Positions 29,166 to 38,248 of a stretch of 64,000 bases of DNA are shown here, piece by piece. Below the pieces are notes generated by a model, which was not told the origin of the DNA, searched no databases, and saw only the letters and a program-made list of their open reading frames with translations. Position 1 is the first letter of the stretch. Every line of letters begins with the position of its first letter. Source of the DNA: an uncultured archaeon (GTDB lineage: Archaea; Aenigmatarchaeota; Aenigmatarchaeia; PWEA01; JAGHBM01); the NCBI GenBank assembly GCA_964584335.1, contig CAZOZN010000002.1, forward strand, positions 98,974 through 162,973. Reading direction: 5' to 3'. A program made the translations under genes and the position numbers.

Positions 29166-29627
29166 TTTACTTTTTATATTCGCTGTTTTATAAAGGGACC
29201 GCCATTCGTCAGATAGCTTTTTTAAGTGCGAAGAGAACGAAATAGAAGGTTTGAGGATAAGAAACCATCCCTTGCTCGGGTTAGAAATATTGGATTCTCT
29301 TCTTCTTTCTACCATGCCTACCTTTACAAGCTTAGGTATAACAATGTTATATACCGTTGAAACTGGCATATTTTGGACTTTCATGAAATTAGATAGCATT
29401 TTTTTATCAACACCCCCCGGGTTATTGAGCAAAAAATCCATAAGTTTCTTGGCATAATTATAGGATTTTTCTTGATAATCCACAGGGAATACGTGGTTAA
29501 TTATATCAGACAACTCCCACCTTATATCAGGATCTATAGTCTTCCATTTATCACCAAGAACAGAAGGATAATATAAAGACTCCTTAGATTTTAATCTTTT
29601 TTCGTTCGGTGGGTGTGGTTTTTTCAT
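29163..29627 (-). CDS. Hypothetical winged-helix protein
   Basis: VSTVYNIVIPKLVKVGMVERRR HTH-wing pattern; GAGGTGA SD. Confidence 0.65.
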   Translation of the reverse strand: MKKPHPPNEKRLKSKESLYYPSVLGDKWKTIDPDIRWELSDIINHVFPVDYQEKSYNYAKKLMDFLLNNPGGVDKKMLSNFMKVQNMPVSTVYNIVIPKLVKVGMVERRRESNISNPSKGWFLILKPSISFSSHLKKLSDEWRSLYKTANIKSK

Positions 29628-29796
29628 AAAATCACCTCAATAACGTTTTAATAGAAATAAGCATAGATGAATATAAAATAATTTCTATTGTTTAGTTATT
29701 GAGTAGTACTTTTTGCCCTAAAACATGGGGATAAAGTAACAAAAAAGATGTTTTTTAGGTATTAGGGTATGTTTTCATCATTGTAACGTTGTGAAG

Positions 29797-30186
29797 CTAC
29801 TTTTTTGTTGTCTTCTTTGTTTTGTTGTTTTCCTGTTTTTTTGGTGCCTTCTTTTTCTTATCTTTTTCACTATTTGCCCTTATAAATTTTCTGAGAAGAC
29901 CTTCGAACTCGTGGGCTATTTCCTCTCCGTTAGAAGTAAGTTTTATCATTTTTATCCTTCCTTTTTTCTTAAAATCAACCAACCCCAAATCCTTAAACTT
30001 TTCCAAAACTTTTATGGTGTGAGAATATGTACAATCTACGCCTTTAGAGACCTGTGTAGCGTATTTTGGGCCCATACCTTTTTTCAGAAAAACTAACATT
30101 TCAACTGGCTTAAATTTAAAGAATAAGTCTTCATACTGGTTCTTCTTTTCTTTCCTGGCAGACAGAGCCCTCACATTTTCACCCAT
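29797..30186 (-). CDS. Winged-helix DNA-binding protein with Lys-rich tail
   Basis: YATQVSKGVDCTYSHTIKVLEKF...GLV...GRIKMIKLT. Confidence 0.85.
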   Translation of the reverse strand: MGENVRALSARKEKKNQYEDLFFKFKPVEMLVFLKKGMGPKYATQVSKGVDCTYSHTIKVLEKFKDLGLVDFKKKGRIKMIKLTSNGEEIAHEFEGLLRKFIRANSEKDKKKKAPKKQENNKTKKTTKK

Positions 30187-30214
30187 TATTATTTTGTTGT
30201 ATGAGTATTTATAG

Positions 30215-30340
30215 TTTAAAATATTCTTTTTAATATATATATAATATTATATACTAAACTAAATATATTTTATATAACATATTTAATATAATATATTTTT
30301 TGTTATATTTTTTTAATTATATATATTATAAAATATATTT
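30215..30340. other. Extremely AT-rich tract
   Basis: Nearly pure A/T intergenic sequence. Confidence 0.8.
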
Positions 30341-31371
30341 TATTCCATTTTCCTCTCAAAAATTATTGCCGCTAAAACTATGAAAAAACCGAATACTATA
30401 TACATGAAAAGGCCAATCATTCCCATCTCAGGCATCAGTATTATTGAAGATGCTTCTGAGGAAACTAAAGCAACGCTAAATCCCATAGCAACCAGGGTAA
30501 CATATTTGAATATGTCTTTTGACTTAAGTTCAAGATTTATTATCTTTCCTACTATTCCTATAAGTGAGGATAAGAATAATACATAAACTGAACCCTTTAT
30601 GAAAGCTGCAGATAGCTCTAAAATATCGTCAGTAGGAATGGATAGAGTAAAATCATAACCCCATTTAATGCCTACCACGGCAACAGCTATAGAAACTATA
30701 TAGAAAAAAGAAGAAACCCTTTTCTTTGTAAGTGTAGTTCTTGTATCATTCAAAAATTTAACAATAGCATCCTCCAACTTAAATCCCTTTATAAGAAGAT
30801 AAAGACCAAGAAAACCCAATATGGCTCTCCAGCCAGCATCTCCGAATATAGAATAAAGAAGCAAAGCCAATGCAGGCACTCCTATAACAACCTTAGACAT
30901 TTTCGGGTTTTCTATAAAATCATGAAACATGTAGTACATTCCTTCAAGTCTCTCACTTTGCTTCATAACAACTCTCTTAAATGATATTATGTCGACTTTG
31001 CCCTGTATGATAGGCAAAATCTGTTCATCATCCAGACCGTCCGTAACAAGTATTACTTTTTTTGTCCCCGATTTTTTGATAACTTTCTTAAGCTGTTCGT
31101 TTATTTTCTCGTCAGATTTCAGCCCGAGTTTCTTATGGCCTGTTATTGTTGCTATGTACGGGTCTTTCTCTTTTTTTAAATCATCATAATTTCTAATTGC
31201 CTCAAAAATAGTGTTACTGTCCGAGTCCGTTGGGTCAGCAAGTGCAAGCTTATTCGCAACCTCAAGATTATTATCCCTCCCAACTATCGGACCCTTAAAG
31301 TTGGTTTTTTGGCCTATATCATCATCTCTATCAACGCAAAGAATGAGAATCTTATCTTTTTTCTTGGCCAA
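30340..31371 (-). CDS. DUF373-family membrane protein
   Basis: LCVDRDDDIG, LADPTDSDSN, VVMKQSERLE; C-terminal TMs. Confidence 0.9.
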   Translation of the reverse strand: MAKKKDKILILCVDRDDDIGQKTNFKGPIVGRDNNLEVANKLALADPTDSDSNTIFEAIRNYDDLKKEKDPYIATITGHKKLGLKSDEKINEQLKKVIKKSGTKKVILVTDGLDDEQILPIIQGKVDIISFKRVVMKQSERLEGMYYMFHDFIENPKMSKVVIGVPALALLLYSIFGDAGWRAILGFLGLYLLIKGFKLEDAIVKFLNDTRTTLTKKRVSSFFYIVSIAVAVVGIKWGYDFTLSIPTDDILELSAAFIKGSVYVLFLSSLIGIVGKIINLELKSKDIFKYVTLVAMGFSVALVSSEASSIILMPEMGMIGLFMYIVFGFFIVLAAIIFERKME

Positions 31372-31463
31372 TCAAAACACCCCTACAATTTAATTAATTA
31401 AAAGAGAAATATAAAAAAGTGAGAGTTGATTATATCCAAAACATACAAAAAGAGGATTCTTTT

Positions 31464-31476
31464 GAAAGTATAAATA
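31464..31476 (+). promoter_or_regulatory. BRE-TATA promoter of histone gene
   Basis: GAAAG-TATAAATA ~35 nt upstream of ATG; GGAGGTG SD. Confidence 0.55.
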
Positions 31477-31511
31477 GAAAAAGAGTCATATAGACTTACG
31501 GAGGTGTTAAG

Positions 31512-31721
31512 ATGGGTGATTTGCCTTTAGCTCCGATGGAAAGAATATTAAAGAAAGCGGGAGCAAACAGAGTTAGTAAGGAAGCTTGTGTGGAATTTGC
31601 TTCTGTTCTTGAGGAAATAGCGTTTGAACTTGCAGCAGAAACCGGTTCTCTCGCAAAACACGCTGGAAGAAAGACGGTTTTAGCAAAAGACGTGAAGCTT
31701 GCAAAAAGAAAGGGTTTCTAG
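31512..31721 (+). CDS. Archaeal histone (HMf family)
   Basis: LPLAPMERILKKAGANRVS...AKHAGRKTV..KDV. Confidence 0.97.
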   Translation: MGDLPLAPMERILKKAGANRVSKEACVEFASVLEEIAFELAAETGSLAKHAGRKTVLAKDVKLAKRKGF

Positions 31722-31754
31722 TTTTAATTCCCTAAATATTAAATTAGTGTTTTT

Positions 31755-32762
31755 ATGTATAACAACATCGAAGAAATAACAAAAAACATTGTAAAAAATA
31801 GCGATTTGAGTGAGTCAAAAATAGAAAAAATGATAGAAGAAAAAGAAGCGGAATTCTCTGGACTTATCTCCAAGGAAGGAGCTGCACATATAGTCGCAAA
31901 AGAACTTGGTGTCAATCTTCTGAAAAATGCAGAAAATAAAGAAATTAAGATAAAAGACTTGCTTCCGGGCATGAGTAACGTGACAATACTCGGAAAAGTA
32001 ACAAAAATATTTGAACCCAGGGAATTTGAAAAGGACGGGAAAAAAGGAAAGGTTGTGAATATTATATTGGGCGACGAGACCGGCCAGACAAGGATGTCTT
32101 TATGGAATGAGCAGGTAAATGCTGTTGAAGATGATAAAATAAAAGAAGAAAATGTCATGGAGATAAGCAATGCTTATGTAAAAGGAGATAACACAGGAAG
32201 GAGTGAACTAAGACTGGGAAGGGAAGGTAAATTGAAAAAATCAAAGAAAAAAATAAAAGTAAAGAAAGGAAGCAGTTTGGGTCAACCACAAAAAATAAAG
32301 TTAAATGATATTTCTACAGGAATATTTGCTGAAATAAGAGGCTCAATGGTACAGTTCTTTGAATCAAATCCCTTCTATTATGTTTGTCCTGAGTGCGGCA
32401 AAAAACTAAATGAAGGTAAATGCAACGAACACGGTGAAGTAAAAGCAAAACCAGTTATGGTAATAAATGGTGTTATTGACGACGGGTACGGTAATATAAG
32501 AGTTGTCTTTTTCAGGGAACAGGCAGAAAAAATATTAGGAATAGAGACTGAAGAAGCCTTTAAAATGACGGAAGAAGGTAAAAATCTTAAACCTCTGAGA
32601 GACAGAATTGAAGAAAGGCTTGGCTCAGAATTCAAGGTAAAGGGAAGGTCAAAATTAAACAACTTCTTTGAAAGGATAGAACTCATAGCAAATGAAGTAT
32701 CAGAAGTTGACCCTGAAGAAGAAGCCAAGGCAATTTTAAATAATCTAGAAGATAAAAAGTAA
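31755..32762 (+). CDS. rpa: Replication protein A (OB folds + zinc finger)
   Basis: GDETG...SLW OB fold; CPEC...CNEH; [13 protein letters not shown]. Confidence 0.88.
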   Translation: MYNNIEEITKNIVKNSDLSESKIEKMIEEKEAEFSGLISKEGAAHIVAKELGVNLLKNAENKEIKIKDLLPGMSNVTILGKVTKIFEPREFEKDGKKGKVVNIILGDETGQTRMSLWNEQVNAVEDDKIKEENVMEISNAYVKGDNTGRSELRLGREGKLKKSKKKIKVKKGSSLGQPQKIKLNDISTGIFAEIRGSMVQFFESNPFYYVCPECGKKLNEGKCNEHGEVKAKPVMVINGVIDDGYGNIRVVFFREQAEKILGIETEEAFKMTEEGKNLKPLRDRIEERLGSEFKVKGRSKLNNFFERIELIANEVSEVDPEEEAKAILNNLEDKK

Positions 32763-32772
32763 GGCGGGGTAT

Positions 32773-33753
32773 ATGCCTAACAAAAAAGATTCAACCGAGA
32801 AAGAAGAGAAAAAGAAAATAAAAAATATTTCAGACTTGCCGGGTGTTGGTGAAAAAACTGCAGAAAAAATGAAAGAATCCGGATATTCTGATTTAATGAG
32901 TATAGCAGCAGCTTCGGCTTCAGAGCTATCGGAGAGAGTTGAAACCGGAGAAGCAACCGCATCAAAAATAATACAGGCTGCCAGGGATGCCATGGAAATG
33001 GGATTTGAAACAGCTACAAAAGTACTCAAGAGAAGAGAAAAAATAGGCAAAATAACAACAGGTTCCAAGGCATTGGATGAACTTCTTGGAGGAGGGCTTG
33101 AAACACAATCTATTTTTGAAGCACACGGAGCTTTCGGTTCTGCAAAAAGCCAGCTCGCATTCCAGCTAGCAGTAAACGTCCAACTTCCAAAGGAAGAAGG
33201 CGGGCTAAACAAGAAAGCTTTTTTTGTAGACACCGAAGGAACATTTAGGCCGGAAAGAATAATACAGATAGCAAGAGCCAAAGGTTTGGACGAAAACAAA
33301 ATACTAGGCGGCATATACGTTGCAAGAGCATATAACTCGGACCACCAAATACTTCTCGTAGACAAGCTAAAAGAAGAACTAAAGAAAAAAAATGTGGGAA
33401 TCGTTATAGTGGACTCACTTACTTCTTCGTTTAGAAGCGATTATACTGGTAGGGGGACATTATCAAGAAGACAACAAAAACTAAACAAGCACCTGCATGA
33501 GCTACAAAGGCTGGCAGATGTAAATAACGTGGCAATTTATATAACAAATCAGGTCATGTCAAACCCCGGAATACTTTTTGGTGACCCTACAAGACCCATA
33601 GGAGGTCACATACTCGGTCATCAGGCCACTTTCAGAGTCTATCTTAGAAAAAGCAAAGGAAATAAAAGAATAGCAAGGCTTATAGATTCTCCACATTTAC
33701 CTGAAGGTGAGTGTGTCTTCGTGGTAAATGAAAAAGGCATAGAGGACCCGTAA
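32773..33753 (+). CDS. radA: DNA repair and recombination protein RadA
   Basis: HhH N-domain; GAFGSAKSQ; [11 protein letters not shown]; GRGTLSRRQ. Confidence 0.98.
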   Translation: MPNKKDSTEKEEKKKIKNISDLPGVGEKTAEKMKESGYSDLMSIAAASASELSERVETGEATASKIIQAARDAMEMGFETATKVLKRREKIGKITTGSKALDELLGGGLETQSIFEAHGAFGSAKSQLAFQLAVNVQLPKEEGGLNKKAFFVDTEGTFRPERIIQIARAKGLDENKILGGIYVARAYNSDHQILLVDKLKEELKKKNVGIVIVDSLTSSFRSDYTGRGTLSRRQQKLNKHLHELQRLADVNNVAIYITNQVMSNPGILFGDPTRPIGGHILGHQATFRVYLRKSKGNKRIARLIDSPHLPEGECVFVVNEKGIEDP

Positions 33754-34025
33754 TGTCTAGAAAAAAACTCGGATTCGGTATTTTTTTAATAGGTTTTGTT
33801 TTATTTTTGTTCGAAATTTTTCTGAACATAAAAAATCCCGGTGATAATATAATGAGAATGATAACCAAACCCATGGTTGGGTCCGGGATAGAAGATAATA
33901 AGTCTATATTATTTCTGGCTAGTATGGGTTCCTGGGCAATACCTATAATTTTTATGTTTGTGGGTGCAATAATAGCAAAAAGTAGCAAAGAAAAAAACGA
34001 AAGGGATTTTTTCGATAAAAAATAA
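33753..34025 (+). CDS. Small two-TM hypothetical protein
   Basis: Two hydrophobic helices; coupled to radA stop. Confidence 0.6.
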   Translation: MSRKKLGFGIFLIGFVLFLFEIFLNIKNPGDNIMRMITKPMVGSGIEDNKSILFLASMGSWAIPIIFMFVGAIIAKSSKEKNERDFFDKK

Positions 34026-34030
34026 TATCC

Positions 34031-34288
34031 CTAAATTATATCCTTCTCTGAAACTATTACAAATTCTCCCACTGCTTTGACTGCAGAAAATGGTATAAGA
34101 AACCTTCCTCTCTCATCTTCCTGTACGTTAAGTTCGTTTACATATTTTGTCGGATCAACTAGAACAACATTCATCAATTCTCCCGATTCGGTTATAAAAC
34201 TAACATCACCAACAACGCCGAACTTTCTTCCTGTCTCATCGCTTACAAGTATCTTTCCCATTAGTTCCTTTCCTTTTACATTTTCCAA
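34031..34288 (-). CDS. PRC-barrel protein (CdpB-like)
   Basis: LMGK..SDETGRKFG.V.D...SGEL; IPFSAVKAVGEFVIV. Confidence 0.88.
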   Translation of the reverse strand: MENVKGKELMGKILVSDETGRKFGVVGDVSFITESGELMNVVLVDPTKYVNELNVQEDERGRFLIPFSAVKAVGEFVIVSEKDII

Positions 34289-34331
34289 ATAATCACCCCA
34301 ATTAACTACCTATAGTATTATACACTTAAAT

Positions 34332-34868
34332 TTAAATGTTTATATCTTCAAGGACATCAATCAATTTCTTCCTTAATTCTTCTTTTGTGAGGTTTGTATT
34401 GTCTATAACGTAATCGGCCATTTTCATTAATTTGCCCACACCAAGCCTTAATTCGGCCATATCCCTCTCTTCGAGGTCTTTCTTACTAAATCCTGGAAAC
34501 CTTTCTCTTTTCTTCTCTCTTTCCAGTCTAGAATCGAAACTTGACTCTATTGCAATAATAACAAATTTTTTGTTCCTTCTCTTTAACTCCTCTATATCCT
34601 CCACGGACCTTAAACCTTCAATAACCAAATTGCTTTCTGCTTTTTCCAGCAACCTCTCTACAATAAGAGGTTCTCTCCCTTCTTTGTAAAACCAGTCTGC
34701 CATTTTTCTGTCTGTTTCCTTGCTATATTCCATTCCTCTCTGTCTTATTTCCTCTCTTATTATGTCCCCTGAAGAAACGGTGTAAAATCCCATTCTTCCA
34801 AGCATTTCAGCAGCAAAGCTCTTACCCGAAGAAGGCAAACCAACCAAAATTATTATCATAACTCTCAC
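34332..34868 (-). CDS. P-loop nucleotide kinase (UPF0200/dephospho-CoA-kinase-like)
   Basis: GLPSSGKS, GDIIRE, IEGLRS, ERDMAELRLG, ADYVIDN. Confidence 0.82.
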   Translation of the reverse strand: MRVMIIILVGLPSSGKSFAAEMLGRMGFYTVSSGDIIREEIRQRGMEYSKETDRKMADWFYKEGREPLIVERLLEKAESNLVIEGLRSVEDIEELKRRNKKFVIIAIESSFDSRLEREKKRERFPGFSKKDLEERDMAELRLGVGKLMKMADYVIDNTNLTKEELRKKLIDVLEDINI

Positions 34869-34870
34869 AT

Positions 34871-36013
34871 TTAGCTCTTAATAAGAAGATTTTTTGTCTT
34901 AAGATTTAAAAAATAAACAAACCCCTTACCCTTTGGTTTCCTCTCCACATAACCCGACTTTGAAAGCCTTTTAAGTATATTATTGACAGACCTAACGGCA
35001 TGCTGTTTTGTCTTGTACTTCTCAAAACCAATTTTTTCTGCAATCTCAGAAGGGAATAATTCAGCGTTCTCGTTCAACAGTTTGATTATTTTTTTCTGTT
35101 TATAAGACAAATCACTCATAAAATCATTATTCAAGTCTCTTACTGGTGATTCACGTTTCCTATCGGTATTCACATCCTCAACAACTTCACTCTCAACAAT
35201 CTCTTTCGGCTTGTCTACCGACTTTTCAACACTTCCCGATATGTGACTTATCTCAAATATATTCTCTTCTACTGCTTTCTGGACCATTTTGTCACACATT
35301 TTCAATATTTCCCTGGGAAACCCTCCGGTTTTCTCGTATATTTCTTTCACAGAAGTCTCTGTAAACGGTTTTATACCCTCACCACCAACACTCGATATTC
35401 TCTTTTCTATAAGTTCACGTGACTCTTCACGGGTAAGATTTATAAGCTCTACCTTAGTCACAATTCTGCTCCTTAAAGTTTCCAGGTTAGCCCTCAAAAC
35501 ATCATCAACTGTTGACAAACCAGCCAAAATCAACTGCATATTGTTTATCTGGTCCGTTATTGTTCTAAACCACTTTAATACCTCAATATCTGCCTCATGA
35601 GTTTCATCAAGAAGAACAACTAGCCTCTTATTACCGAGCTTTTTATTCATGTACACGTGAATGTCATGAAGTCTCACATTCGAGCCAAAAATCCTCTCAA
35701 AAAATGAAGGCCTGTACCTGGATAAGAACAAATCCAACAAGTCTTCTTTTCTAGGAGGTTTGGATATATAAAGAACGTCATATTTGCCGTGCAAATCCTT
35801 CTCCATAAGCTTCATTAAAGTTGTTTTGCCTGAACCCGTGGAACCCGTCACAAGACCCACCTTATGACCTTCACGTATGTGATTTGTCAGCTTCTTTAGC
35901 TGTTCACGATAACCAACAAAAAGAACAGGGTCTATCTTTAACGTAAAGGGATTCTCAGACCAATTTAAAGTTTCAAGCCAATTCTCAAGATTTTTTTCAT
36001 AATCCTCTATCAT
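34871..36013 (-). CDS. AAA+ ATPase (ExeA-like core) with C-terminal winged helix
   Basis: NPF motif, Walker A GSTGSGKT, Walker B LLDE, LRSRI, GGFPRE; wHTH PSEIAEKI...VNNILKRLSKSGYVERK. Confidence 0.88.
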   Translation of the reverse strand: MIEDYEKNLENWLETLNWSENPFTLKIDPVLFVGYREQLKKLTNHIREGHKVGLVTGSTGSGKTTLMKLMEKDLHGKYDVLYISKPPRKEDLLDLFLSRYRPSFFERIFGSNVRLHDIHVYMNKKLGNKRLVVLLDETHEADIEVLKWFRTITDQINNMQLILAGLSTVDDVLRANLETLRSRIVTKVELINLTREESRELIEKRISSVGGEGIKPFTETSVKEIYEKTGGFPREILKMCDKMVQKAVEENIFEISHISGSVEKSVDKPKEIVESEVVEDVNTDRKRESPVRDLNNDFMSDLSYKQKKIIKLLNENAELFPSEIAEKIGFEKYKTKQHAVRSVNNILKRLSKSGYVERKPKGKGFVYFLNLKTKNLLIKS

Positions 36014-36021
36014 CTAAGCAC

Positions 36022-36355
36022 CTTCACGTGTGTAACGTGTATATTCACAAAAATAAATTTCACGTGAATATAATAAATCTAAAAATACAAGTACTTAAAG
36101 CTTTTGTTCCAATTTCACGTGAATTTCACGTGAATATTACGTGAATGTAACGTGAAATATATATGAAATTGTGAATGTTATGTGAATGTTTTGTGAAATA
36201 TAAAGATTATGTGAACGTTCACGTGAATAATATGTGAATGTTTTGTGATGTTAATTTCGCACCAAAATTAAAAAACATATTAAAAAAATTATGTGAAGTC
36301 TTGAATCTTATTCACGTGAATAGTATGTGAATGTTGCGTGAATACTATGTGAATA
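36022..36355. repeat. Array of ~11-bp-phased (C/T)GTGAA repeats incl. five perfect TTCACGTGAA palindromes
   Basis: Perfect copies at 36059, 36114, 36125, 36218, 36311; degenerate in-phase copies e.g. 36136, 36147, 36177, 36188, 36322, 36333, 36344. Confidence 0.92.
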
Positions 36356-36417
36356 CCAAATAAAAGAAGGTTTAGTAATAAAGCAGACATAAAACTGTAA
36401 GAATATTATTATTTCTG

Positions 36418-36770
36418 CTATGTGAGTTTACAGAAGAGCAAAAAAGACCAATATTTAACGTTTTACCGTATTATGTGAAGTTTTTGCCATAAATTAAGCT
36501 ATTTTATGATTTCTTGCATGAATGTGAGTTTTAAGCAAAAAAGGGGGAATATTCTATGTTAAATACCATCAATTACCCCCTGCATGTTAGGCAAAAAAAC
36601 ACATATTTAGATAAAAAAATGAAAAAGTGAGAGTTTTAGGTGTTATTTTTGCGTATTTTTTGACAAAAAATGAGATTTTAATATCAAATGTGAGAGTTAA
36701 TGTGAGTTTAGTAAAAATAAAATGACTTTTTTATTGGATAGTGAGAATAAAAATAAAAAAATGAGTTTAA
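36418..36770 (+). repeat. Dispersed co-oriented (T)GTGAG(AG)TT repeats
   Basis: Copies near 36421, 36523, 36626, 36689, 36701, 36741, 36761. Confidence 0.7.
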
Positions 36771-37123
36771 TCAAAATCTGAGAGTATTTCATTGGTCCTA
36801 AGTATTTTTCTGAGAGTTGTGTTTAAGTTGTTATCGTTTAGCTTGTTAAAAACGCCGCTTTTGAGCCTTATTATTCTCACACCAAAGAAATTTCCTTCTT
36901 CATTCCTAGCACCTATGTTTTCAACTAAATTAGACATTACACCATCTAAATAATAATGAACAGTAGAAAGCGGTATTTTAGAGTCTCTTGAAAGTTTTCT
37001 AAGCCATATACCATCTGGATTAGACAAAAGAACGGTTATAATCCTTTTTATTTTACTATAATCGGGTGTTTTATTAGGCATATTATCCTCCACATTAACT
37101 ATTGAACACTGTTCATCTAACAT
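36767..37123 (-). CDS. Small HTH DNA-binding protein
   Basis: NPDGIWLRKLSRDSKIPLSTVHYYL helix-turn-helix. Confidence 0.78.
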   Translation of the reverse strand: MLDEQCSIVNVEDNMPNKTPDYSKIKRIITVLLSNPDGIWLRKLSRDSKIPLSTVHYYLDGVMSNLVENIGARNEEGNFFGVRIIRLKSGVFNKLNDNNLNTTLRKILRTNEILSDFD

Positions 37124-37148
37124 TTTGTTTTTGTTATTTAAAATACTT

Positions 37149-37883
37149 CTAGACCCTTTCCTCGCCCTTCTCCTCTGTTCTTATGCTAACTTCAATACCA
37201 AATTTTTTGGGTATTTTAGAAAGGTCAATTAATTTGCTTCTTTTTGTGTTTGGTAAAGCAGACAATTTACTGTCAAAAGTACCGTTTACTCCCCTAAATT
37301 GCTGTAAAACGTATCTTTTAGCAGGTTTTATTAAATTACATATAGAAATAATATCCTTTTCATCATCATTCATGCCGGGCACGATAGTTGTTCTTAGTTC
37401 ATAATCAACTGAAGATTCTCTTAAAACATTCAAAGATTCTTTAACTCTGTTTATATCGCATTTTATACCAGAAAATTTGTCATATCTTTCAGCTGAAGAC
37501 TTAACATCCATGGATACAAAATCCAAAAGATTACCATTTAACAATTCTCTTAGTTTTTCAGGATTATACCCGTTTGTATCCAATTTTAAAGATATTTTTT
37601 TGCTTTTCAAACCAAAACAAAGCTTCTTAAGGGCGTCAAACTGAAGAGTAGGTTCTCCTCCAGTAAAAACAACAGCATCAATAAAATCAATGTTTTCGTT
37701 AATACTATCCAGTAAATCCGATACTTTCTCTTCTCTGTAATCGTTGCCTTCCAGAAGCTTTATATTGTAACAAAATGGGCATCTGAAATTGCAGCCATAA
37801 AAAAATATGACAGAAGATATTTTACCGCTATAATCAACAGTCGACATGTCGATTATTCCGCCTATTTTTACTTTCACGTTCAA
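37149..37883 (-). CDS. nrdG: Anaerobic RNR activating radical-SAM enzyme
   Basis: CNFRCPFC, TGGEPT, DTNG, YELRTT; operon with nrdD. Confidence 0.95.
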   Translation of the reverse strand: MNVKVKIGGIIDMSTVDYSGKISSVIFFYGCNFRCPFCYNIKLLEGNDYREEKVSDLLDSINENIDFIDAVVFTGGEPTLQFDALKKLCFGLKSKKISLKLDTNGYNPEKLRELLNGNLLDFVSMDVKSSAERYDKFSGIKCDINRVKESLNVLRESSVDYELRTTIVPGMNDDEKDIISICNLIKPAKRYVLQQFRGVNGTFDSKLSALPNTKRSKLIDLSKIPKKFGIEVSIRTEEKGEERV

Positions 37884-38245
37884 ACACGCTCTTTTATCGC
37901 ATTTAAAAGCTCATCCTTTGTTGGAACATGAGAAATAAAAATTGCCTCCTCTTCAAATACAAAAGAAGGAGTAGAAGCGACTTGGTGCATGAGTGCCTCC
38001 ATTGAAAAATCCTTTCCTACAACCGCTGAAGGTGTTTTTTCTTCGCTTATTTCGTTCTCTGAATAAACAAAATTATATTTTTGTCCCTCAAGTACATGTT
38101 CTCCCTTTTTGAGGTCTTCGCCGTCTATTATTTTCTCTACAAAATCTTTACCTTCTTTCCATTTCAACTCTCTTGCAGCATCCCTTAAAACCTTCCTGGC
38201 TTCAGGGCAATGAGGACACTTGACTCCTGTATATAATATCAACAT
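37880..38245 (-). CDS. Thioredoxin/NrdH-like redoxin
   Basis: CPHC and VASTPSF; between nrdD and nrdG. Confidence 0.85.
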   Translation of the reverse strand: MLILYTGVKCPHCPEARKVLRDAARELKWKEGKDFVEKIIDGEDLKKGEHVLEGQKYNFVYSENEISEEKTPSAVVGKDFSMEALMHQVASTPSFVFEEEAIFISHVPTKDELLNAIKERV

Positions 38246-38248
38246 AAA

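Noticed and set aside
36022-36355. Repeat array as a CRISPR locus
   Set aside because: Units are ~11 bp, abutting and degenerate, with no unique spacers and no cas genes in the window
36014-36766. Canonical archaeal oriC with ORB elements
   Set aside because: No TCCA...GAAA...GGGG-type ORB repeats, and the adjacent ATPase is not recognisably Orc1/Cdc6
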